A stretch of 63,635 nucleotides of DNA, the filler included, from Octopus bimaculoides (Eukaryota): assembly GCF_001194135.2 (NCBI RefSeq). It is 8 parts of 8 records of this genome, joined end to end, with 100 filler letters (N's around TTAATTAATTAA, not from the genome) between each part and the next. Parts side by side here need not be neighbours in the genome. Positions count along the whole stretch, not along the records: positions 1 to 14,499 come from NC_068982.1; 7 more parts are not named here. One strand, 5' to 3'. This document shows positions 1 to 10,832 of the stretch, piece after piece. The position numbers and the translations under genes are program-made. The notes under the pieces were generated by a model, which searched no databases, was not told the DNA's origin, and saw only the letters and a program-made list of their open reading frames with translations. Numbering within the stretch: position 1 is the stretch's first letter; each line of letters opens with the position of its first letter.

Positions 1-47
<47 letters not shown>

Positions 48-61
48 TCATGCAAATAGCA

Positions 62-250
62 TTCTTGCCGGTGACATGTAAAAGCACTCATTACACTATC
101 AGAATGTTTGACATGAGGAAGGGCATCCAGCCGTAGAAACCATGTCAAATCAGACTGGAGTCTGGTACAGCCTTCCAGCTTGCCAGCCCTGGTTAAACCC
201 CAACCCACACCAGCATGGACAAAGGACGTTAAATGATGATGATGATGACA
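62..250 (+). mobile_element. Short decayed copy of the RTE-LINE 3' tail (5'-truncated LINE or tail-sharing SINE)
   Basis: Contains GGAAGGGCATCCAGCCGTAGAAAC and ends in GGACGTTAAAT(GAT)n, matching the tail of the RTE copy at 10680-10832. Confidence 0.7.
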
Positions 251-317
251 TATATATACATGTAGATGAAGGTATGTACATACATGTACATATATATGCA
301 TATACTCATATATTATT

Positions 318-392
<75 letters not shown>

Positions 393-494
393 TCTGATCA
401 ATAAATATCCAGACTGTTGCCATAGTAATGAAGCTAAAGCGTGCAAAGTGAAGCTGCTTGACAAAGATTGACCTTATATATATATACCTATACA

Positions 495-533
<39 letters not shown>

Positions 534-899
534 TTTAAACAAAGCCTGAAACCCATAAAGCACTTTCTCCTTAGCATAAGTCAACATACACTTGGAATGT
601 TCGATGTTCCAAATATCACAGAAATTACTAAAAATGTCAAACATGTTTCACACAAACAATGTATTTGTGTGATTCACATTAGTTAAATTAATTAAAACAA
701 TAACAAGGAAGCATGCTATTTTGTATGAAATATAAACCGCATATTTTGTGATGCTAGTGTTATTTAGAACTACCAGTGGACTTGAAGGAAATTATTCTAA
801 GCATGGAACATTCCAAATGTCTGCATTCCTGCCTATAACTCTGAACTTTAAAATGTTTTACACAATGATGCCTCACCTGCTGATTAGAATCCGACATCA

Positions 900-1200
900 T
901 TATTTTTACATCCATTTTTTCCATACTTGCTCCAACACAATATTCTGCCACTTGTTAATGTTCCTTTGTCACCTATTTTTTGAGGTTCAGCTTTCTGAGA
1001 TAATTAATGACTTAACAGCAGCTGTTTCTAAGCACTCACTCACACCTACATAGCTGATACCACATCACAAAGACTTGCACTGATTCCATGAATCAAGACC
1101 TTGAAACCCTTATTCAGTCTAGAATGACAACATAGTCACCTTCAACAGTATCAAAGACACTAACATTGTACATATCAAGAAACAGTTTTGCAGTACACTC
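900..1200 (+). mobile_element. Degenerate CR1/L2-like reverse transcriptase remnant
   Basis: Broken frames read ILAPT..., IINDL..., SMNQDLE...NDNIVTFN, matching the non-LTR RT pattern (GSILxP, FINDL, DLxxIxxWxxxNxVxFN). Stops and frameshifts present. Confidence 0.45.
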
Positions 1201-1357
1201 TTACATGTACAACTCACAACTAAAATCTAAGACATTGCTATGAATACCAGATACCTCAATTTCTGAGTAACTTTCATGGTGACAACTTTAGATTTGTTTC
1301 AATTCTTACTAGATCTCTTCAGTGAAAATTTGTCTTAACTAGTACTGGCAAACAAAG

Positions 1358-1392
<35 letters not shown>

Positions 1393-1706
1393 TCTCTTTC
1401 ACTCTAAGGGACATGACTATGAAGCTTTCCCCTGTGTATTTTTTACTAGTATTGTTAATAAGGGTTTAAGTCAGCATGAATCAGTTGGGCAAAAATACAT
1501 GTACATCTGTATGTTGATGTGCCATAGGATTAAATAAACTAACTTCACAGTACACCAACATCTTGTAATTTCCTTGACTACAGTTTGAACCTGTTTTGAT
1601 CTAAAATGATTCTGGTATTTTTTAAATATCTCATTCTTTGAATGATTTAGGTTATTTTTATTGCTTGTAAAAAGTAAATACTAAATTTGAGTCAAATGTA
1701 ACGACT

Positions 1707-1921
1707 CTTTCTAATTTTGGCATAAGGCCAGCAATTTTGAGAGAAGGAGGGCAAGTCAATTACATTGACGGCCAAGTATTTGGCTGGTACTTTATTTTAT
1801 TGACTGCAAAAGAATGAAAGGCTAAGTTGACCTCAGTAGGGTTTAAACTCAGAATGTAGTGCTGGAAGGAATTTCTCTAATTATTTAGTCCAGCATGCTA
1901 ATGATTCTGCCAGCTCACTGC
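1707..1921 (-). mobile_element. tRNA-derived SINE, family B, decayed
   Basis: Reverse complement matches the family B copies at 34049-34281 and 62115-62347 (GAGCTGGCAGAATC head, CTGAGTTTAAA B-box region, AAGTACCAG core). Confidence 0.6.
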
Positions 1922-1958
1922 TTTTGAGTTAAATATAACAATAAAATAACATCTTTAG

Positions 1959-2173
1959 CCCTTTACCAGTTAAACAGACCATATCCACCCAAAATATTCT
2001 ACTTGTTTAATGCTCAAACAGGCCATATCTGGTCTCTTACACCTGCCTTACAATGTCATACTAAAAGTAACCAGTCACATCATTGAAATCTCAAAACTAT
2101 AAGATAATGCATGATTATTTCAAGAGAATGTTAATAAATGAGCATTTAAAAGAATAATCTGAATGCTAAAGGG
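1959..2173. mobile_element. piggyBac-like non-autonomous element (MITE)
   Basis: Ends TTAG|CCCTTTA ... TAAAGGG|TTAA; about 215 bp; a homologous copy lies at 9625-9844. CCC/GGG termini in a TTAA site are the piggyBac signature. Confidence 0.6.
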
Positions 2174-2270
2174 TTAAAATATCTAAATATATGAAATAAC
2201 TCCTCTTTTCAAAAATATTCCTTAATGTCTCTCAACTAATGTCATTTTTTGGTTTTTACTTTCTTCACAG

Positions 2271-3238
2271 ATGTCGACTGGAAGAGTATTTTATGTGCCC
2301 TGAAGGACTGTTTATCAATATATCATTCCATCACCCGAAAGCAAGTGATTGAAAGAATTCGGAATATCTGGACAAAACCTCAAAATCAGAACTTTGTACT
2401 ACCATGTCTGTCTGTACGGAGTGGGCTAGATTTGTATCTTCAAGTTCAAAACTTCCCTCCTGGATCCGAGATAATTGTTTCAGCTGTGAATATCCCTGAT
2501 ATCCCTTACATCATCCATCATCATGGACTTCAGATTGTCTCCCTTGATATTGATGTTGAAACAACTGCACCAAAGATTGATTTCTTTGAACATCTGATCA
2601 GCAAAAAGACTGTTGCTCTTTTAGTTGCTCACATTTATGGAAAGATTTTTGATCTCACACCTTTCATTGAAATAACTAAAAGACACAACCTTGTCGTGAT
2701 AGAGGACTCTGCAGAAGGTTTCTGTGGTTTTAATTACTTAGGACATCCAGAAGCAGATATCACTTTATTTAGTTTTGGAACCATTAAATATTGTACATGC
2801 TTAGGTGGTGCCATTGCCAAAATCCGTGACAAAGCTATTTATGAAAAGATGGACCATATACAAGATAACTATTCCTGCCAAAGTTCAAACAATTATTTAA
2901 AGAAAATAATGAAATGTTGTTTACTTTATCTTCTTCTTGACTGTCCTAATCTGATTAAACCAATTTTATGCATCCTCCAGATTTTATATTTAGATTATCG
3001 ACAGAGTGTCACAAAGCTGGTCCGGGGTTTCCCAGGTGATTTAATGTATCTAATTCGGTTCCAGCCATCATTAGCATTACTGTTGGTCATGTTGCATAGG
3101 TTTGAGACATTCTCTCCTGATGAAATAAACATATGTTGTTTCAAAGGGGAATATGTCAGTCATCAACTGGCAAACATTGTAACTGTTGTTGGTCATAAAT
3201 CTCCTATCAACACCTACTGGCTCTTCCCCATCATAGTG
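2271..3238 (+). CDS. Internal coding exon (968 bp) of a DegT/DnrJ/EryC1/StrS-family PLP-dependent aminotransferase-like protein
   Basis: Acceptor tttcttcacag|AT (phase 1) and donor GTG|gtatgt (phase 0); open throughout. Family motifs occur in order: LSVRSGLDLYL, PGSEIIV, IVSLDID, LLVAHIYG, VVIEDSAE (Asp at 2705-2707), FSFGTIK (Lys at 2786-2788), GGA, YWLFPI. Confidence 0.88.
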
Positions 3239-3659
3239 GTATGTACTTTATCTTTATGATTTTCTACTTGCTTGACCACAGCTTCTGTTAGTTTTCTGTT
3301 TGTCTTCCTTTAAATGTATTTTCATTTGTTTGCATTTGCACTCCCCTGAGAAACACTGAACTACAAGTAGTGACATTGTTGACATTACCCCTGTTGACAA
3401 ATCGTCTGCTGGCTTTGTACCTTCAAACATGTGGCAAAGAGATCCTTTACTTGAAAAATAGTGAAGGGTCAGTCACAGGAAGGTTTCTAGTTGTAAAACA
3501 ATGCCTTTACAGTTTATTTGTCTAATTTATACTTGCATAGAAAAACAAACATAAAAAGGAAAGAAATGAAAATGAATGATGTTGTTATTAATATTTTTAA
3601 CACACTTTCATACATGTATAATTTACTCTTGATACAACACTCAATACTATTACACTTGC

Positions 3660-4020
3660 ATGCCTATGTGGTTAAGATGGTTACTTTACAACCACATGGT
3701 TTCAAGGTCAGTCCTACTGTGTGTCACCTCCTTGAGTAAGTGTCTTCTACTCTAGCCTTAGACCAACCAATGCTTTGAATTTGGCAAAAGGAAACTATGA
3801 GGAAACCCATTATATGTGTGTGTGTGTTTGTCCCCCAAACCACAACTGGTGCTGGTTTATTTACTTCCCTGTAACTTAGCGGTCCAGCAAAAGAGACTGA
3901 GAAAATGAAATTCAGACTTAAAGTAAGTATTTCGGTTGATTTATTCAACTAATTTCTTCAGGACAGTGCCCCAGCATGGCCACCATCCTGAGACTGAAAC
4001 AAATAAAAGATAGAAGATAA
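3660..4020 (+). mobile_element. tRNA-derived SINE, family A, old decayed copy
   Basis: Colinear with the 4649-5042 copy (head, AAGTGTCTTCTACT, internal (GT)n, GTAACTTAGCGGT, GACTGAAACAA tail) with many CpG-type substitutions. Confidence 0.6.
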
Positions 4021-4648
4021 CTGGAAATCATTGATCTTAAAAGATGGTCAGAAAAACCAGTACAAACGGTTCATGCCAGGAGTTTACCACAAATCTACAT
4101 ATAGTTTTACAAAAGAGAGCTTTGTGTTTATTTGGTTGATTCTCTGCCATAATTTAGGTGTTTCATTAAAACCAAGTTAAAAATGAAATTAAGGGACTTG
4201 ATAAACTTACTTTTTTTGGTGACATTTAAGATGCACTTTTTTTTTTTTACCAAAAACATGCCTCAGGAAATCTTGTGGGCAAAGTTGCTTTAAATATTGG
4301 TTTCAAATTTTGGCACAAGGCCAGAAATTCTGGGAGAGAGGATAAGTTGTTTACATCGACCCCAGATGTTCACCTGGTACTTCTTTTATCAACCCTAAAA
4401 GGATGAAAAGCAAAGTTGACCTCAGCAGAATTTGAATACAGGAGAAATACTGCAAAGCTAATGATTCTGCCACCTTAAAAAAGTTGCTTTAAACATTACA
4501 TGCTGTAATGCAGTAAAATCTTTTCCTGAATAAGCACTACTAAAAATTGGCATGCTTATACATCTTTTATTCCATCAACTACATTACTTACTTAAATTAA
4601 CAAATTACACTGGAAAAGAGCTAAAGGAAATATAAAATACTTATGATA

Positions 4649-5042
4649 GGCGCAGGAGTGGCTGTGTGGTAAGTAGCTTGCTTACCAACCACATGGTTCC
4701 GGGTTCATTCCCACTGCGTGGCATCTTGGGCAAGTGTCTTCTACTATAGCCTCGGGCAGACCAAAACCTTGTGAGTGGATTTGGTAGACGGAAACTGAAA
4801 GAAGCCCGTCGTATATATGTATATGTGTGTTTGTGTGTCTGTGTTTGTCCCCCTAGCATTGCTTGACAACTGATGCTGCTGTGTTTACGTCCCCGTAACT
4901 TAGCAGTTTAGCAAAAAGAGACCGATAGAATAAGTACTAGGCTTACAAAGAATAAGTCCTGGGGTCGATTTTCTCGACTAAAGGCGGTGCTCCAGCGTGG
5001 CCGCAGTCAAATTACTGCAACAAGTAAAAGAGAGTAAAAGAG
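4649..5042 (+). mobile_element. tRNA-derived SINE, family A (octopus OK/OR-type), near full length
   Basis: Pol III-like head GGCGCAGGAGTGGCTGTGTGGTAAG...GGGTTCATTCCC, CORE-like CTTGGGCAAGTGTCTT, internal (AT)/(GT) microsatellite, tail AAGTAAAAGAGAGTAAAAGAG. More than 15 related copies in the window. Confidence 0.85.
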
Positions 5043-5849
5043 ATCATTTTTGATATGATATCATAAATACTCAGAGGAAATAGATCTAGAAATTTTGAGG
5101 TCTCCATGCTTTTCTTCTGAAGTTAACAGATGTCTGAGAATGCCTGCTTTAGACAGTGGTCTACAACAGACTTTCTCAATTTTGTGTGTCACTCATCACA
5201 AAGCAGGCTTAAATCAACAAGGTATTCCTTTGTTGCAATGCTACCATTTATTTTTAGCCATCTAAGTTAGTAATCCTGTAAAATGCATGTATATAAAAGC
5301 AGCACCATTTTCACATCACAATGTCATTTCCTTTGCTAATCAGAGTTCTTGTGTGATTACCACATTCCACAGTCTACATACCATTACTGCCAGTAAAATC
5401 TGTTAATGAGTTTGTTAACATTTATCTATTCATTCAGTGTTTTGTTTACTTTTTTTTACTTCCTCATGTGCCAGTTTGACTAAATCACTGCCTTCAAAAT
5501 TACAACAGCTCTGATGTAGTAACATGCCTCACACCACCACTGATATCACATACTCCTTACCATTGACATTACACACTCCCTATCATTGATTCATATACAT
5601 ACATGCCATGTTGCTGACACCATACACACACACACACTCCTTACCACTGACATTACACATTACATACCATTAATGTTGTACACACTCTCTATTCCACTGA
5701 CATCATACACATACTCCTTACCACTGACTTCACATACACACACACTTCATATTATTAACATCAGCACACATATGCTACATAACCCATACCACTAATATCA
5801 CACACTGCCATTTTACACACTCCTTCTCAACATAGGTGTCGTCCAGTCA

Positions 5850-6400
5850 TTCTTTGAACATATGTATAGCCAATGGATCTTTCAGCTTCCATACCTTCCT
5901 TTTTCATGTAGTCTTATGTCTCTGAATCCATCTAGCTCTTACTCCGATGTCGCTAGTAATGTTGAGTGGTATAATCACTAGCCCGTGTTGAGTGATGGAT
6001 TATTTACCAGGGTAACACTTAGTATTCACAACTCATTGTCTATCCCATTTCCTTGTGAGTATGAAGTCTATCTGGCTTGCTTGTTCACCTGAGTGGCATG
6101 TGATTAGCTGACTGGTTTATTTTCTAAAGTAAATATTGCAAATCGTTAGGTCATTTGCATAATAGAACTCGAAGAGTCTTGATCCCTCCTCATTCCATGT
6201 ACCATAACCATTACTTCCATGTACATCAGAATACCCATAATGGTATTGTACAACATGTTCAATAAACTCACCAGCTACAATAATGAAGTTGTTATCTGTT
6301 ATCAAGTTTGTCTTCAAGAGAGCCTCATCAAAACAATTCTTTTGTCTCCCAGTCCTGATTGCATGAGCAGAGATTGCTATTGGCTATGACTAATCAAAGC
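5850..6400 (-). mobile_element. Degenerate RTE-clade LINE APE endonuclease remnant
   Basis: Minus frame reads FIIVAGEFIEHV...GYSDVHGSNGYGTWNEEGSRLFEFYYANDLTICNIYFRK, then ...QIDFIL...TQHGLV, the APE motifs typical of RTE elements. Disrupted. Confidence 0.78.
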
Positions 6401-6748
6401 ATGATTTTTTTTTATCACATACCTAGACTGATATTTTTATCTATTTTTCTACCAATAATACGCCTACTCTACCAGCTTCAGCATTTTACCCAGCCAGGAG
6501 AATTTGTACCTGTTCTTTACTCCTCCACTTTAACTCATGTACATTTTATATTCACAATTAATTCTAGTTACTATTTATTGTTCTGTTTAAGTTAACATTT
6601 GTTTTTCATATCTAACTTTGTCTTAAATTTGAGTCATGAAAGAAGAATTATTGTAGAAATAATACTGTTGTCATTTAAATATACCTTTTCATTTAGCACT
6701 TCCACTTTTTCTTTCATCAACTGTTTTTCTTCATTTTTATATTTTCAG

Positions 6749-7036
6749 AAAAATCCATTTGAGGTGATGAATGGGCTAAACTCTCTTGGAGTTGAGGCAC
6801 ACCGTTCATCTACACAGCTGACTTTTATTGAATCCGACCAGAAACCTGAAGACACTTCTGTTGACTTAGTGCCTTACTACCCTCATGAAGCTAAACATTT
6901 GATGAAAAACATTATCTACTTACCTGTTACAAAAGCTGTACCATTCCATGTTCTTGACCAAATGACCATTGCAGTTAAATATATTGTAACAAAGAATAAA
7001 TATGAATATTCTCATAAAATTCTATCTAAACTATAA
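6749..7036 (+). CDS. Terminal coding exon of the DegT-family aminotransferase-like gene (95 aa + TAA)
   Basis: Acceptor ttttcag|AAA in phase 0. Reads KNPFEVMNGLNSLGVEAHRSSTQLTFIE...PHEAKHLMKNIIYLPV...DQMTIAV, fitting the family C-terminus (LxxxGV...AxxLxxxILxLP). Stop TAA at 7034-7036. Confidence 0.82.
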   Translation, partial: KNPFEVMNGLNSLGVEAHRSSTQLTFIESDQKPEDTSVDLVPYYPHEAKHLMKNIIYLPVTKAVPFHVLDQMTIAVKYIVTKNKYEYSHKILSKL

Positions 7037-9039
7037 AATCAAATGTTTATCATGGAAACAGATGCCATTTTTTTATTATTCAAAAGAACTTCAGCTATTT
7101 TCTGCTCAAAGACAATTTTTTAAACTTAAAAGTTTTATTTATTTTATATAAGTGTCCATTTTAAATATTTTCTGTAATTTGGCACTTTTGAATTTGTATT
7201 AATTATCTAATTTTATTCCAAAATCTACAAGTTATTTTTCTTTCCACATTCTTAAAACCCTTCCAAGGTGAAAAATGTGAATTAAAGGGGAAAAATTTTT
7301 TAAAGCATGAATGCTATTAGAAATAATACAATTACATTATGATTTGGGTGTTTATAATATATACTGGAAGTCAAAACAAAAATTCTTATATAATTAATAT
7401 TCATTCTTTTGCTGATTCAGTCATTTGACTATGACCATACTGGGGCATCTCCTGTAATTATATTGATTATAAAACATCACAACTTCACTGGTATTTATTT
7501 TAATGACTTCCAAAAGATAACGAGACAGGAGTGACTTAGGCAGGATTTGAACTCTGAATGTAAAAGAATGTAACCAAATAACACAGAGTATTCTGTTTGG
7601 TGCTTCACTAATTCTTCTTTCCTCTGCCCATCCCATGTCAACGGAATTTCTTTTTTTTCTTTTCTTGTGAGCAATGAAGGGATACTTTCTTGTAATATTT
7701 AGGAATTTATCATCCCCTCATCAGTAAGTTTCTAAAATAATATATCTGTTATTTGTCAATTATCAATGAAGACAACTTTAAAATAATTTCTTAGAATACA
7801 TTATGTTTAGTTCTCTAACCCATACCAGCATGGAAAACAGACGTTAAATGATGGTGTGTGGTGTGTGACATTACATTTTCATATATAATTGTTTATCACA
7901 ATCTTTATTTCATAGTTCTGACCATGTTTAGAGTAGCATACCAATAACTTCTTTGTTTTTTACTCCCTGAAATAGTATCTGTTGAGTATATATCTCCCTT
8001 ACCTTAAAATCATTCAACCTTGAACAGATATACTGGAGTATTAGACCACCAACTCATGAATCATGAGTTCAAATTAACTGCTGACTTCTCATTGAATTTC
8101 TGAATAGATCACTTTATTCTGTATTGCCTCACTTCATCTTGCTGTTGGAACAGATACCAGGTCATCTGGGAAAGTTACCTAAAATATTCCAACATCCTGT
8201 CCAAGAGTGGATTTATGTTTCATATATTTCACACCATAAAACTAGTATTAAGCATCAGTTCCTATGAAGCTCTTCAGACTTCCAGATATTATTATTGTTA
8301 TTATTATTTATAATAGAAGGAAAGACTACAAAGATGAACAAGGAAGGGGTTCTTATGGAAAACAGTTCTAGGAAGATTCGATTAAGTATTATTGTTTATC
8401 ATGAGGTACAGCAATTAACACATCTTAAGTATTAATGAGACAATGAAAATTCTCACAATATTTTTCAAGACTTGAGGCAAGTGGAAATATATTACTTCTA
8501 AGATAATACTCCCAATTTAATGTCCTAACAAATGTTATAAATAATCTCAATGAGGATGTATACTATTTTGTTACTACTAAAACTGCTTGACAATTATCAC
8601 TATTTTATATTTTTCTAATCATGAAGTTGATGGTTGATAATTTTATTTTTATTGATAAATAAATGCATATATATTAATTTATATATATATATATATATAC
8701 ATTATATATATATATATATGTATATATANNNNNNNNNNNNNNNNNNNNNNNNNNNNNNNNNNNNNNNNNNNNNNNNNNNNNNNNNNNNNNNNNNNNNNNN
8801 NNNNNNNNNNNNNNNNNNNNNNNNNNNNNNNNNNNNNNTATATATACACAATGCAGTGATCTATTGTATCATTGAGCAATATTTGTATAAATTTCAATTT
8901 GTAAAATTTTTTTGCTTCTGGGTGAAATGTGATAAAGTATATATTTTATATTCTGAAACTTGTTTGTGTGTTCTTTGTTTTTTCTATTATAAACATCAAA
9001 AATAATGTATCATCATTATCATCATCAACCTCATCATCA

Positions 9040-9225
9040 TCTTCTTCTTTTGACATGTTTCCCATGCTGGCACGAGATGAATGGTTTGACAGGGTCCAGC
9101 AGGGACTGAATCTTGCTTCAATGTCTGCTTTGGCATGGTTTTTATGGCTGGATGCCCTTCTTAATGACACTCAGTTTACAGGATGTACTGGGAGCTTTTT
9201 CCTTGGCAACCAGTACCAGTGAGGT
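9040..9225 (-). mobile_element. Decayed RTE-tail repeat
   Basis: Plus strand has TTTCCCATGCTGGCACG...TTTTATGGCTGGATGCCCTTC, the reverse complement of the RTE tail core. Confidence 0.55.
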
Positions 9226-9624
9226 CATCATATAGCTGGCAAGCAAGAGTAAAATCTCCTTCCACTGAGTGGAGCTACAGTAGGTAGTGGGATGGCTTTA
9301 TGCTAGGAGATGAGAAATTAAAGTATATGTGAAGGGGACAGATTTCTAGCTGTAGAAGGGTTTACTTGGCTACTCACATTAGGGAAGATAGGGTAGGAGT
9401 AAGTAGGATGCTGCTGAAAATAGAGATAAAATAGTGATCATGGGGTATCAAAGTGAACCCTCAAGAAACAAAGTGAGCAGCAGTCAGTGGGAACAGAAAA
9501 ACAGGAAATGAAAGTGTGTTGCAGTTGCAAGAGTATGGGGACAGTGAAGGAAATGGGGAGGGGGTGGAATGAATATAATGGACAAAGAACAAGTATTGAA
9601 GAATGATTAATATACAACATTTAA

Positions 9625-9844
9625 CCCTTTAGCATTTAAAGCAGCTATATCCAGCCCAAATATTCTACCAGTTTTATCATCAGATCAGCCAGACCTGGCC
9701 TCTTGCACCTACCCTATAATATCATTTTAAAAATAAACAATCGCATCATCAAAATCTCAAAGCTATGAGACAGTGCAAGATCAATTCAAAACAATGCAAA
9801 TAAATAAGTATTACATTTGACCAAGTAATCTGAATGCTAAAGTG
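9625..9844. mobile_element. piggyBac-like MITE, second copy
   Basis: TTAA|CCCTTTAGCATT ... AATCTGAATGCTAAAG; colinear with 1959-2173; right end mutated. Confidence 0.55.
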
Positions 9845-9889
9845 TGAAAATCAATATTTCAAGATTAGTCTAGAATTGAGGGAAGAATA

Positions 9890-10832
9890 TATGTTTATGA
9901 CGCATGCGTACGAACAACCATGCTACATGGCAGTGAAACATGGGCTGTAACTGCTGAGGACATACGTAAGCTCGCAAGGAATGAAGCCAGTATGCTCCGT
10001 TGGATGTGTAATGTCAATGTGAATACCCGTCAGAGTGTAAGTATCTTGAGAGAAAAGCTGAACATTAGAAGCATCAGTTGTGGCGTGCAAGAGAGACGAT
10101 TGCGCTGGTATGGACATGTGGTGAGAATGGAGGAGGATAGCTGCGTGAAAAAGTGCCACACCCTAACAGTTGAGGGAACCCGTGGAAGAGGTAGGCCCAG
10201 GAAGACCTGGGCTGAGGTGGTGAGGCAAGACCTTCGTACATTGGGCCTCACCGAGGCGATGACTACGGACCNNNNNNNNNNNNNNNNNNNNNNNNNNNNN
10301 NNNNNNNNNNNNNNNNNNNNNNNNNNNNNNNNNNNNNNNNNNNNNNNNNNNNNNNNNNNNNNNNNNNNNNNNNNNNNNNNNNNNNNNNNNNNNNNNNNNN
10401 NNNNNNNNNNNNNNNNNNNNNNNNNNNNNNNNNNNNNNNNNNNNNNNNNNNNNNNNNNNNNNNNNNNNNNNNNNNNNNNNNNNNNNNNNNNNNNNNNNNN
10501 NNNNNNNNNNNNNNNNNNNNNNNNNNNNNNNNNNNNNNNNNNNNNNNNNNNTTTCGAGCGAGATCGTTGCCAGTGCCCCTGGACTGGCTTGTGCGGGTGG
10601 CACATAAAAGACACCATTTCGAGCGTGGCCGTTTTCGTGCGGGTGACACGTAAAAGCACCCACTACACTCTCTGAGTGGTTGGCGTTAGGAAGGGCATCC
10701 AGCTGTAGAAACTCTGCCAAATCAGACTGGAGCCTGGTGTTGCCATCCGGTTTCACCAGTCCTCAGTCAAATCGTCCAACCCATGCTAGCATGGAAAGCG
10801 GACGTTAAACGATGATGATGATGATGATGATG
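9890..10832 (+). mobile_element. Young 5'-truncated RTE-clade LINE (ORF C-terminus, 3' UTR, (GAT)n tail), interrupted by an assembly gap
   Basis: Reads YDACVRTTMLHGSETWAVTAED...RRLRWYGHVVRM...RGRGRPRKTWAEVV, the RTE ORF C-terminus, open up to the gap at 10272. CpG-rich UTR and microsatellite tail follow. Confidence 0.92.

Larger units (their letters stand above)
3239..6748 (+). other. GT-AG intron (3510 bp) of the aminotransferase gene, filled with SINE and LINE debris
   Basis: GTATGT at 3239 and pyrimidine tract atattttcAG ending at 6748. Phases match (0/0) and the spliced reading WLFPIIV|KNPFEVM is continuous. Confidence 0.78.

Noticed and set aside
142-271. ATG-initiated frame ending at a strong donor (AAG|gtatgt) in phase 1, compatible with the acceptor at 2271, as a possible first exon
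   Set aside because: It lies inside a decayed RTE-tail repeat and its (GAT)n/(AT)n tail, and the peptide looks nothing like a family N-terminus. The real first exon is more likely upstream of the window. Junction reads from 271 to 2271 would overturn this.
2249-2270. TTG start of the 336-aa ORF, its tail VCTLSL, and the first 50 aa of ORF 6599-7036
   Set aside because: These are intronic pyrimidine tracts and donor read-through. Splice signals and motif continuity define the exons instead.
4649-4725. tRNA genes at the heads of SINE families A-D
   Set aside because: They have A/B boxes but no complete cloverleaf and run directly into repeat bodies; they are SINE heads.
2271-7036. Bacterial contamination as the source of the aminotransferase
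   Set aside because: The gene has a spliceosomal intron, host repeats on all sides, host-like AT richness and CpG depletion, and no operon neighbours.
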